Below are positions 24,380 through 35,429 of a stretch of 64,000 bases of DNA, in pieces. The position numbers and the translations under genes were made by a program. A model generated the notes under the pieces. The model made no database searches. It saw only the letters and a list, made by a program, of their open reading frames with translations, and had not been told where the DNA came from. This stretch comes from Anthoceros angustus (Eukaryota; Plantae; Anthocerotophyta): contig VJWM01000304.1 of assembly GCA_010909165.1 (NCBI GenBank), positions 1-64,000 on the forward strand, written 5' to 3'. Each line of letters starts with the position of its first letter. Position 1 is the stretch's first letter.

Positions 24380-27300
24380 ATCGCCCTCTGTGCCACTTTG
24401 ACTTGCTGGTTGTATGAAGCCCGCAATTCATTTTGTCCTTGATTGCCTTCTTGTCTACCGCATGATGTTTCCGAGAATTCAAGGTGAAACCATAATACAA
24501 GATGACGGTTTTGTGTACATAAACTTCACGAATATTTTTAGGTTCAACCCTTGACCCCTTTTCCCGGTTTGTTGCTTTGCGCATCCCCGAATTATGTATT
24601 CTTCAACGTACCTACCCTCAAACGCATCTGTGTGCTCTGTTCTGTACCAGTGAACAAGAAAGTGAGGTTGCGGGTCATCTAACAAAACGTCAATCACCTT
24701 CCCAATCCAAAATGGTCTGTTGTGCGTGTCCCTGTCGGCTGGAACTGCAATGAACATGCCCTTTTTTTATTTCCAAAACATCACCATTCAAACGCGTGTC
24801 ATTCCTCCGTTGTCTTTCCAAGTTTTGGTATCGTCCCAAATACATATCTCGTTGTGGAAGGTCCCTCAACAACGCCTCGTAATAAAGCTTCATCATCAAG
24901 TCGCAGGGTTGGGCTGTTACTTCTACTGGACCTCGAATACCACTTCCAAGGATCTTTGGAGGACGAGCCCAATGTTGTTTTGAACAATAAACAATCTCTT
25001 GTTGGTCCACCCAAAGCTTCCCACCATTTGTATTCCTCCGATGTCACATAAGGCCTAAGGGCCGAAAGACCTTCCTTCAAATGAGCCACACCATCCGTAG
25101 GTGATAAGTCCGCCAACTTTCCTTTTCTATCCCTTGACCGAGGGCGGTTAAGGAGCTCATATTGTGTCCAACGCACGAATGTCAAAAACTCCAACCCGGC
25201 CTGCCTCCCAATAGGGAATAATCTTGCCTCGATGAGCATAAACCCACGGTCACCTTTGGCTTCTCTCGTAATTTTGAATTGGTGCTGGAAAGACAGGTTG
25301 TTTAATTTTTTGACCGCCGCCTTGTATGCGTGTCCACCTTGCCCTTGCCTGATTGGCCAAACATATGACCGGAAGTCCGGAACTTCAGTCAATATCTTCA
25401 CCTCTGGCTGTGGAGTGTACGCACTAATCAAAATCTCTGACAGTGCAGGAAGAGTGTGAGCTTCCTTGTGTTTTAAGCTTTTTGAAAAGCATGAAAACAT
25501 TTGGTCGATTTGATCATGCGTATGCCCCACCAACAAAAACCCCACTTTCACCTTTTCAAACGTCCCCATGTCCACGAGCATGTTGAGATATGCAAACAGC
25601 TTGATTCTTGTTCTCTCTGCAGTGTTGTCCAATTGCAAATATAACACTTTCGGCAATACTCCTTCGTAGTTATGAATAACATCACGGATGATGGTAATCG
25701 TAAGATTGGCATCATTCGAAGTTCGCATAATGCAAGTAAGCTCTTGCCTTAAACGTGTAATTGTGGATCATGCACCCAACCACATGAACTCGAATACGGC
25801 ACTCCTCATCCAAGTTCTTTGGCCATCAAGTAGATGGGGAATCTCTCTTCTTGGTCCATTCCATCGATTGAAAGTAGAAGGTACATATGTGGTTCTACAT
25901 AACTCTTGCTCGTGTTTCGCCATCTTCACCGCTCGATGTAACCGCAAACGATGGGCATCTAAAGCCGCTTGATATTTTTCTGGAAAACATACACACTCGT
26001 CGTACATTTGAAGAGACATCCAGCTTAGATATGAAGGACCCTCCTATCGACAAGATACGCTCGGGCGACGTCCCCCAAATCAACGGAGGAGGAAGAACCT
26101 TCATGTTCCGTCCTAGCGCATTTGCGACAATTGTCGCTGGCGCATTTCACGAGCAACCACAATCCATGCCTCGGCTTTTGGTTATGGAGCGGCCGGCGCC
26201 CACCACATGTATAAATTGTAGGGTGACCCGTATGGTCCTTCGCCATGTGGGCGTTGGCTGGTATCCTCACGACGGAACCTATGGTGCTTAAAGAGCACTG
26301 AGGTGGGCGCGCCGGCGCCCATCTCTGTGGCTCAACGCACCATAGGGTTCTTGGCCTCCAGGGCCGGCCGCGGCCCCACCACATGTCTGGCCTCTCGTGG
26401 TTTCATCCCAAGGGTTTTGCATATGTGGACGACGGCCGCACCCCATCCCATCATACAAAGATCGAAGACCGGTTATAGGGATCTTGCCCATAAAGCCTCG
26501 AGTTCAAAACAACCATTCCCCACTCAAGAAAACCATTCCATAAGTTCCCATGCATGTCAACCACCGCCGAAAGTGGTAACAATTACCTTGATCGGATTTT
26601 GGATGTGTTCCTAATTGTGCTCTTGGACGCAGAGTGAGCACGTGGAAAACCTGTTGGATTTTGGTATTTTCACTCTTGGGAAGTTGCTTTTCCATAACTT
26701 CAAGAACCATGGATATTTCACATAGAGGATCCCGGAGGTTTCGCATTACCGTACATACTCCATATTTCCAACCTTGTGTATGTGTCCGGAAGGTTGAAGA
26801 CCTCCACGTCGGCACCGCCGCCATCATTAGAAATGTCTTATCCATCCGTGATATCGCTCCCAACGCATAAGAAGACTGTGGTTTGGGGTTAGGCTGAAAC
26901 CATCCCACGGGCATTCAAATGACTCGCTCGCCTCATATCACAGCCCTATGCAATATACTCTTCTAAATGCCTTCAAGCAGCGGATCGGAATGGACCCCAA
27001 AATGTGTGTGCATACTTTACCCCTTTCACATCCCCTCTCGCTTGAACCAAGGACTCTAGAAATGTCTCTTGCTCGCCCATCCTTAGGAATCGGTACCTCG
27101 CTCAAACTTTTCTTTGTCACCGCAAGCACATTTGATTGCAACATGGTTTTGAAACCGTCACTACCTCTCCTTCACTTTTCTTCAATGTGACACCACCGCT
27201 GCTCGCTGAGGTGCAATGCTTTGCTCGCTTGACGCAGTCTCACCCGCGGCTTGGGATGGAACGACGACGCGGTGCAGTGTGTCCGAAGTGGTCACTTCAT

Positions 27301-27900
27301 CTTCATCCTCGGAGGGTTCGTGCTCCGCCGGGAGGTCTTCACCGTGACCACCATCAAACAATCCCTGCGGCAGTGGTCCATTCTCACGCAGCTTGAGGGA
27401 TGAGGACTCGACCGGATCCGGGAGGCGTGTAGATGGGCTCCCTCAATGGCTGATAGATGCAAATTCGGGTGTGAGGCACACGCGGCATGTTTGGTGACGC
27501 CAAGTGTCGACGCCTGTAGAGCCTACATGGGCGAACACGACTTAACAAGCTGACGCCTCTTCCAAAAGTGGGAAAAGGTAACCACAACAAACCTTCATGT
27601 GGAGGACTCGTGGGTATTGCACCGAATATGTGAACTTGGAGGAGCGTTCAAGATAGCGAGCCTCTTCCTCTGCGGACCATGTCTCCATTTCTTTGGAATT
27701 GCGAGGGCCCGGTCCTCCACTTGAACCTCCGCGCAGTGCATGGTCGGTACAAGTTGCATACCGTATCATGAATGGTATGGGGAAAAGACAATGGCGAAAC
27801 AAGACCAACCTCATCTCCCGCAGCGCGGCCAAATGCAACATCGCACTTATCGCAAAATGCGCAAGGAAGGAAAGCACAAGACTTTGCAGAGCACCGTAGT
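24380..27900 (-). pseudogene. Sola1-like DDD transposase (frameshifted)
   Basis: Catalytic motifs SIDGMDQ (~25860), LYLQLDNT and GFLLVGHTHDQIDQMFS. Upstream Cys motifs (PKSENT...C..C; C.KAFRRVYCIG). C-terminal RPFWIGKV...LVHWY beta-barrel-like domain. Confidence 0.82.
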
Positions 27901-28539
27901 GGCTAGTGACATCAAGCCTCCCTCCTCGGCTTTGCTATATGGCGGACGGCCCTCGCATCCCCGAGTGCCACCGCCTAAGAGGTTGATGGGATTGCCTCAA
28001 ATAAGGGACAATGAAGTGGTTGACGGTGGCCGCACAGGATTGTAACGGAAAATCCAAGCATAATTGCAGCCACAAGAAAAGTTGATGGCGGCGGCAGCCT
28101 AAAATAGTAAGCTCGTCAAAATTGAGTTTAAGGTAGCGGGTTATTTTAGAGAAACACGGTTATGAAAACCATTTGGGGTTATGGAAGAAAACCCTACTTT
28201 TACACGCTTAACTTCGCCTCGTTAAGGCCTCCTCTTGTGAACTTACTACCGCTTTGCAAGACAGTGAGTTCACGCCGTGATTTCGAGCGCAACACCTCAC
28301 CGTGACCGCTTGTCGCTGCCGAGCGCACCACCACCGCTGGATCCGTGATGCCGAGTGAGGCGCCACACCGCCCGCCCGCCCTAGACCGCCGCAAGCTCGT
28401 TGAGCGCAACTTTGCCGCCGTGACAGCGCAAGCTCGCAAGTGGATAGCGGCGCCAAGCTCTTGAGAGGGCGATCTTGAGCAGTGAGTTAGCGGTCACTGT
28501 GGCTTTGTGCATCTCTTTGTGATTACGGAGGTTGCCTTC

Positions 28540-29520
28540 AATTGCAGAGATTGAAGATGGCAAGCGGCGGAGGAGCAAGAAGGACCAGCCTTTGGAGGAA
28601 TATGACCGCCGCCATGCGCCAAGAAGGCCGAGGAAGGCTCAAAGGCGAGAGCAGACGCGCCCACGGCGGACATCGGAGGCACCTCCATCCAGTCGCCGGT
28701 TGGAGACATCTTGCCATCCGCCATGCTCCAACATGGAGGGGGGGGCATTCTTGGGCAAGCAAAATCGGGCAGATCATCCGCCAAAATCGGCCCACAAAGG
28801 TTGCTGGAGAGCAAGGGACTAAGAAGGTTGGTAAGAGAAACAACCTATTCCACCCGATTCATACCCATACTATGAGGAGACTCCATATCAGCGTGTATCC
28901 GGGCAGCTCGACAATGTTGTGGTTGTGGAGAAGGATGATGCTTGTGCAGGATCCATGACCGCAATGCGCCATGGACCCCTTTGTTGAAGTTGTGGATCAT
29001 GGGATATAGGGGGCTCGCCAAATCGAGAGCAAGAGCTGGGTTGTTTGGGCTACTTTGGACTTCAATGAAGGGAGCGAGTTCACTTTTTGTGCACCACAAA
29101 GGCATACCAAGATGAGGAAGTTTCAGGATCCGCGTTATACAAGTCTCTTGTTCTTAGCCCGAAAGGGTTTCACTGGAAGAAGTGTGCACCTCGTGGCCTT
29201 GTTGAAGATTTCCGCGATTCCATGCGAAGAGATGCAGTATTGCCTGTAATCGCATTCCTTCGCAGCTTCTTCACATGTGAGAGTCACATTGTGGATATGT
29301 TTTTCCTACCATCTTCCGTGCACCACTAGTTGCGAGGGCACTCACGAGCTATCTGCGAAAAGATTACACAAACTATGAGGGCCCACAAGAGGGAAATGTC
29401 TATGCGTCGAGCCCAAGCCATACAGAATCGGTGATGTGGTGGAAGAAGATCATGAGGAGAGTGAGCTTGGCCCATCGACGAGGAAGATGGGCTTTACCAG
29501 CTGTCAAGCGATCTGCATAA
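28540..29520 (+). pseudogene. Conserved unknown ORF X of the Sola1-like element (possibly the N-terminus of the ParB-MTase gene)
   Basis: Protein-level conservation with 62690-63680: WTPLLKLWIMGYRG vs WTPLLKLWVVGFKG, and GFHWKKCAPRGLVED vs GFQSKKCSPSNLVED. Confidence 0.65.
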
Positions 29521-29989
29521 GGATCCAGGAATGACAGAGATGCCGAGGACCTTCCCAATCTTCAAACTCCGACTCCTTCCGTTATGGTTCCCACCATGCA
29601 ATATGACCCGGATGCGGCAGGGCGCCTGACCGCCGGCCGCCTAGTCATCTTCAGTTCCCCAAGAGCCGAGATCCGGACCGGGTTTATAAGATTCAAGGAA
29701 GGTGCGGTGGTTTGGGGCGCCGGCCGGCCCAGAATCCTCCCACCACAGGCAAGAGAGCAAGATGGCACCGGGTCGGCAGTTCGGTCCTGGAGAAAAGGAC
29801 ATGGCGGATGCGGGGATGTGGGTATGGAGGAAGAGGAGGGGCGCGGCCGGCGCCCTCCTCAACCTTCATGCCCAAACGATCAGGCCTCGAGTGGCGCAAG
29901 GGCAAGGGAAGTGCAAAGCACACACAGCTGGGACGGAGAATTGGGAAGGAAAACCAAGAAGGCAAAGAAGGGTGGAAGAGAAGATGCCA

Positions 29990-32400
29990 TGGGAGGGACA
30001 TAACCACGCTCATATTCAAACCGACGAGGAAAGGTTGGAAGAGGCTATGAGGGATGCGATCCATTGACTCGCTTAAGGGATTCCGCATACTCAAGAAGGT
30101 GGTGCAGAAACTTAGTGAAGTTGGAGAACTTGAGACCGCAGCGACATTACCCGACGCCGCAGATCCGGAGGGTTGATGAGGCTTGGGCAAACTATCTTGC
30201 CCGTGTTATAGCGAAGGCGGATAGAGGAGGGAGTTCGCCTCTTTGTGTATGATTGATCCGAGCGAGTGTCTTGATCGAGCAAGGGAAGCAATGGCGTGCA
30301 AAGAAGTATGTCATGGGAGTTCTTGGTGGTAACCACACACGCACTATGAAGCACTTATCGGATATCTCACCCGGAAAGAAGCGGTTCCAATATGTTGAAG
30401 CACATGTGTATTGTGGGCTTACTGCATGAGATGCGGTGCTTGCAACAGATCACAATATGATGTCCGATCAAGAAAGAAGATGAACTTTATAGAGCAAGTC
30501 GTATTTAAGGGACGAGTTGATCATCGCAAAGAGGAAGAAGTGCAAATGACCATGTCCCGAAATACAACTGTACAAAGTCCTAGGTTTGATTGAAGACGAT
30601 GAAGGGCGGAGGACGACGTGTACAAGGTAACAAAGTGGACAATCGGACCCACATTCTGTATTGCTAAGGTGGATGGGAAGGTGTGGGAGAATGTGGACAA
30701 GATTTTTCCAAATGGGAAGTGAGCTGCATAAGAAACACGTTCTGGGACAAGCAAGAAAGGGAAAGGCAAGCGTAAGTCATGGATGACCAAGCAGTTGATA
30801 GTGTGTCAAGCCTAGAGACATGTTGGCCAAGCCACGGAAATCTTTTCAGGGAATACCACTTGGAGAGTGTGGCCAACAAATACTGATAAGCGCCACTGAG
30901 AAGGTGTTAACCGGACTGATAGACCTGAAGGGGATGGAGGAAGAGATCACACTTTGAAAAAAATTTCATATCATACAAGTAGCAATGGTGAAGCATCTGG
31001 GCTGCTCGTCATTTGAAGAGGTGCACGACGAGTATCCTTTATATTCTACGGACAATATGCTAGCACGATTCCAAACAGCCTTCTCCGGAAAGGTATGTCC
31101 GATCGTTTTTTTCATATTGAACAGGACCGGGATCGATGCTGGCGCCGGCGCCGGCGCCCGCACCGCCCCCCCGTGATATGTTTATGAGGTTTTGCCGCTG
31201 CCTCACTCATAGATATGTAGGGCCGCCAGCGCCTTCAATCCAACGCGAAATGAGGGCGCCGCCGCCTCCCGTAATGACTAACGAGCGCTCGGCAGCAATT
31301 GAAAGACATCAAGTCGACAAAACTCCCGTGACTTCCAGATTTTATTTTCGAGATAAACAATTGGAAAGGGCTTGAAGAAGCAAGACAGCGACAAGGACAC
31401 GGAGGAAGGTCTTGAGGTTTTCAAGGCCCATCAACAGAGCCGTACAATACCAAATCGAAAGTCGTGATGTACAAGATATGCGTGGTTTTCTGGGGCAAGG
31501 CAAGACACTTCTCGTCATGGATGTGCCCCGAGGTTTTAACATTGGACCTATGGACAAGAGGGTGGATAAGCAATGATGGATTCTGCCTTCCAAAGCTTTC
31601 GAGAAGACCACTAGCGATGAACCGAGGATGATTGTGATGCATGGAGTGGAGGAGGCACATACGCTAGAGAATCAATGCGAAAGTGGAGCGAAAGGGGCTT
31701 GGTGTCGCTCAGATGGGACAAGACAAACATGAACAATGACAGGGTGGATTTGAGACTGTGGAATACATAACTATCGGATGGGGTCCAAGGATGGGAGCAC
31801 AAAGGATGAATTGCAATGCTACCAAATGCTATGCAGGGAACTTTCAACAATGGAAGGTCCGTCATTGCTCACGACACTTGTCAAAAACAGTTTACATGTC
31901 ACATGACAAGTTGGTGGTCTGCCTTTACCAGAGACCACTAGGGTTGATGACGAGACTTATTACAACCTTCTCCAAAGAGGGAGATTGGGTTGGATGCATG
32001 CTCGGGAGGCACAATCAAGGCAAGCATTTGCGGTGAAGGAGTTGTATCGCCATCGAGGCCGACTTGAGATGTCGGTTATATTTCACAAAGAATTCATGGA
32101 TTTGAGGTGCTCCATGCGCTTGAGGAGTTGAATTTTGAAGCCCACCGGAGAGGACTTGCCAAGGAGGTTTGCATCACGAAGGACTCCTTGAAAGCACAAG
32201 TGGTTTCTTTGAGTGCCCGTTGAATAAGAGCGGATGGCGATTTGTTGGAGGCTGGCCAACAAACACTCGAGAATGTTTGGCATCGATGGTAATGATGAAG
32301 ACATGATGGGAACGAGGACTCGAGGGCTTTGGTTGAAGTCGACACTTTCGATGAGGAAGAACTTGAGCGGATACGGAACTTGTAGTTTATGATTCGTGTC
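29990..32400 (+). CDS. ParB/Srx-like domain fused to a beta-class N6-adenine/N4-cytosine DNA methyltransferase-like domain (one intron, frameshifted in this sequence)
   Basis: ParB-like VLGGNHTR (30319), VYCGL...LATDHN...MNFIEQV. MTase motif IV-like LLVMDVPRGFN (D at 31520), W-x-K motif LRWDKTN...VEYITIGW, motifs X/I YQRPLGLMTRLITTFSKEGDWV(L)DACSGGT (31926-32012), motif II RSCIAIEAD (~32037-32063). Confidence 0.75.
31093..31295 (+). other. Predicted spliceosomal intron in the ParB-MTase gene
   Basis: Donor AAG|GTATGT, branch point GACTAAC (31276-31282), acceptor GCAG|. Splicing gives in-frame FSGK|QLKDIKSTKLP. Confidence 0.7.
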
Positions 32401-32870
32401 AGCAAGCACCGTTGAGTCACAAGTTAGCCCACGTAGACGCTGTAGTTGTGAACTATTGTCGTGCTAGTGGTCAATTTTGGCGGAACCTAAAACAGGATGG
32501 TCTCCAACGCTTGCATGCAACCCATACCTAGTTTTGTTGTGTTATTACTAGGCCTTTTGTCAATGTGGAAATGGATCATCGCACAAAACAAACTACTTTT
32601 GAGGACTAACGGCCGCCACCAGCCTCGACTTCCTTGGTTTTGTTGTTTCACAAACCGCGATTCAGAGAATCATTGTCCATGGTATGGGACACCCAAATCA
32701 AAAAACACGGTTTTGGGAACCATGTGTTATCTGTGAAGGAGGTTTCGTTCAACGGAAGGGGTTCGGATATTCACCCCTTCACTTGAATACCATGTTAGTG
32801 CTGGATTGAGCATGTGTCTTGATTCGAGGACTGGAGAGGTGAGATGTGGTGACGGAAGAGGGGAGCAAGT

Positions 32871-33002
32871 GGAGGACATGCCCGCCAAGGAGCGTGAGGA
32901 AGAACTTATTCGATAAGGAGGTGAGATGGTGACCGTGAGGGGAGCAAGAGCAGAGGACATGCCCGCCAAGGAGCGTGAGGAAGAACTTATTCGATAAGGA
33001 GG
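32871..33002 (+). repeat. Direct repeat with 81-bp spacing, two copies
   Basis: GAGGACATGCCCGCCAAGGAGCGTGAGGAAGAACTTATTCGATAAGGAGG occurs twice. Confidence 0.9.
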
Positions 33003-33006
33003 CGAA

Positions 33007-34315
33007 GTCATAGGCTTGGTAGAGGAGGACAAAAATCATCGTGTTCTTTCAGCAGAGGATGGAGAAGAGGAGGCGGGGCACGGTGTGGGTCATTTTCGTT
33101 CCGGCTAGTTGATTGTCAAGTTTTTTTTTTGGTGATATGCTTGAGCTTGATCCTGTGAGGGTGTGATTGCGGACTGGTCCGGATATCTCTGAGCTCACAA
33201 TGTTTTGTGTGTGTGTTGGAGCTTGATCCGAGCCCAGTTGTTTTGTGTTTGAAGTGTGCTTTCAACCTTGGCAGGTGATGCATCTAATGACATCGCATGA
33301 CCTTGGCATCTTAGATGAGTGGTGGGTGTGATGCAGACGGATCGTCTCTTTGTCCAGATGCATCTGCGGGCTCGAAAATCATGCGTTCATTAGCTTATGG
33401 TTGTAGTGCGGTTTCATGAGCTTATGGTTCTGGTCGTTGTGTGATCGGTGCATGTCGGGCAAGCATGAATGGGTAGGTGGTTTAGGTTAGATGGTTGGCC
33501 CGATAGGTCATCTCTGCTCGAATATTTTTATGTGTGTGTGTTGGAGCTTGATCCGAGCGGCAGATTGTTTTGTGTGTGTGGTGTGCTTTGAACCTTGACA
33601 GATGCTTCTCACGTTTGAACACGTGAATACAGCCTTGACAATCACAGCCTTGATCCAGTCCCAGCCTTGACCCAGTCACAGCCTTCCTGATCCTGGCCTT
33701 GGTCATAGGCTTGGTAGAGGAGGACAAAAATCATCGTGTTCTTTCAGCAGAGGATGGAGAAGAGGAGGCGGGGCACGTGTGGGTCATTTTCTCGCTCCAA
33801 ATAGTTGATTGTCTCAAGTTTTTTTTTTGGTGATATGCTTGAGCTTGATCCGTGAGCGTGGTGTGATTGGATCGGTCCGGATATGCCGCCTACAGCTCGA
33901 ATGTTTTGTGTGTGTTGGAGCTTGATCCAGCAGATTGTTTTGTGTTTGAAGTGTGCTTTCAACCTTGACAGATGATGCATCTAATGACATCTCGCACCTT
34001 GAGCCTTTTAGTTAGAGTGGTGGTGGGTGTGATGGCGCGTCTCTTTGTCCGGATATGTCTCAGGCTCAAAATCATGCGCCATTAGCTTATGGTTGTAGTG
34101 CGCTTTCATGAGCTTATGGTTGCCGGTCGTGTGATCAGTGCATGCATGCGTGAATGGGTAGGTGGTTTAGGTTAGATGGTTGGCCCGATAGGTCATGTGC
34201 TCAATATTTTTATGTGTGTGTGTTGGAGCTTGATCCAGCAGATTGTTTTGTGTGTGGTGTGCTTTGAACCTTGACAGATACCGCTTCTACTCACGTTTGA
34301 ACACGTGAATACCGG
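33007..34315 (+). repeat. ~695-bp tandem duplication
   Basis: GTCATAGGCTTGGTAGAGGAGGACAAAAATCATC at ~33007 and ~33702, colinear thereafter. Confidence 0.9.
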
Positions 34316-35044
34316 CCTTCAGAATCCTGCCTGGGCATCTGCCTCAGCCTCTGCCTTCCATGCCTCGGCCTTCGCAGCCTCTTCAAAGACACGGCCAGGT
34401 GATCCTTGACATGATTAGCCTTGTGTGCTGGATCCTTGACACCCACATCCTTCATGTTGGGCGAACATGTGATATGACCTTGGCGATCCTAGCGAGGTGG
34501 TGGTGTGATGCGGCCGTGTTAGATGCTTTGTCTACATGTCTGCTACATGCTCTGGTTTGCAGGCCCTGCCTTGAGCCCTACCACACATTTCAAAGGGTTT
34601 CCATGGTTTTCGCATCCATCGCGATTAACAGGTTTGCCCCTTGCACAATTGTGTACACGATGGGATCTGTGTTTTTAATTTGCGCGACCTTATGTTGACT
34701 GATTACTGATTGTACAAAAGTATCAGTCTTGGCAAGCTTTCTGGTTTTGTAAGTTCATCACTCTGCATGGTGTGGGTGTTTCCAAGTTAGTAGCATGCTA
34801 ATTCTTTGCTCTGTGCATTTGTTTTCCCAACCTGTTGATTCAGGTTCAAACCTGCTTTAGGCTCTGTTGGGAGGGATACTTCATGGGGGCACTTGGGCAT
34901 TCCGACATCTGGTGCACATTGGCAAGGGTGCAACTGGGCATATTGACATCTGGTGTTGTTTGGTCGTCATTTTGTCTGCACTGCAGTCGGGTATGCCTTG
35001 TGTGGGCATCTTGGCATGGGGTGCCTAGCAGTTCATCGATCCAC

Positions 35045-35370
35045 GATTGGGCATTCGTCATTCCTCACGTCGGGCGATTGGGCATTTCGTCATTCCATCA
35101 TGTCGGGCAATTGGGCATTTCGTCATTCCATCATGTCGGGCGGTTAGTCATTCCATCATGTCGGCGATTGGGCATTTCGTCATTCCATCATGTCGGGCGA
35201 TTGGGCATTTCGTCATTCCATCATGTCGGCGATTGGGCATTCGTCATTCCCTAATCAGGCGATTGGGCATTCGTCATTCCCTCATGTCGGCGATTGGGCA
35301 TTTCATCATTCCTCACGCTGGCTTGGGCATTCGTCATTCCTCACGTCTTGGGCACATTCCGTCATTCCTC
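35045..35370 (+). repeat. ~30-bp minisatellite (about 10 units)
   Basis: Unit GGGCGATTGGGCATTTCGTCATTCCATCATGTC with decay. Confidence 0.9.
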
Positions 35371-35429
35371 ACGGGCGTTGGCCATTTTGGAAGTTCATCT
35401 CTTGTTTTACAATGTGCATCCCACCCTCT

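Larger units (their letters stand above)
23468..32796 (-). mobile_element. Sola1-like (DUF7869-type) TIR transposon, copy 1 (9,329 bp), carrying a ParB-methyltransferase gene
   Basis: TIR AACATGCTATTTAGTGAAGGGGGTGATTA vs reverse-complement AACATGGTATTCAAGTGAAGGGGTGAATA. Flanks tgtg/agtg match 3/4. The same left terminus recurs at 57849. Confidence 0.8.

Noticed and set aside
29990-32400. Bacterial or phage contamination, or a restriction-modification system
   Set aside because: The gene has a spliceosomal intron, lies inside a eukaryotic TIR element nested in other plant transposons, and has no adjacent endonuclease.
35045-35370. CRISPR-like ~30-bp repeats (also 41390-42030, 49835-50350)
   Set aside because: The units are head-to-tail with no unique spacers, there are no cas genes, and the context is eukaryotic.
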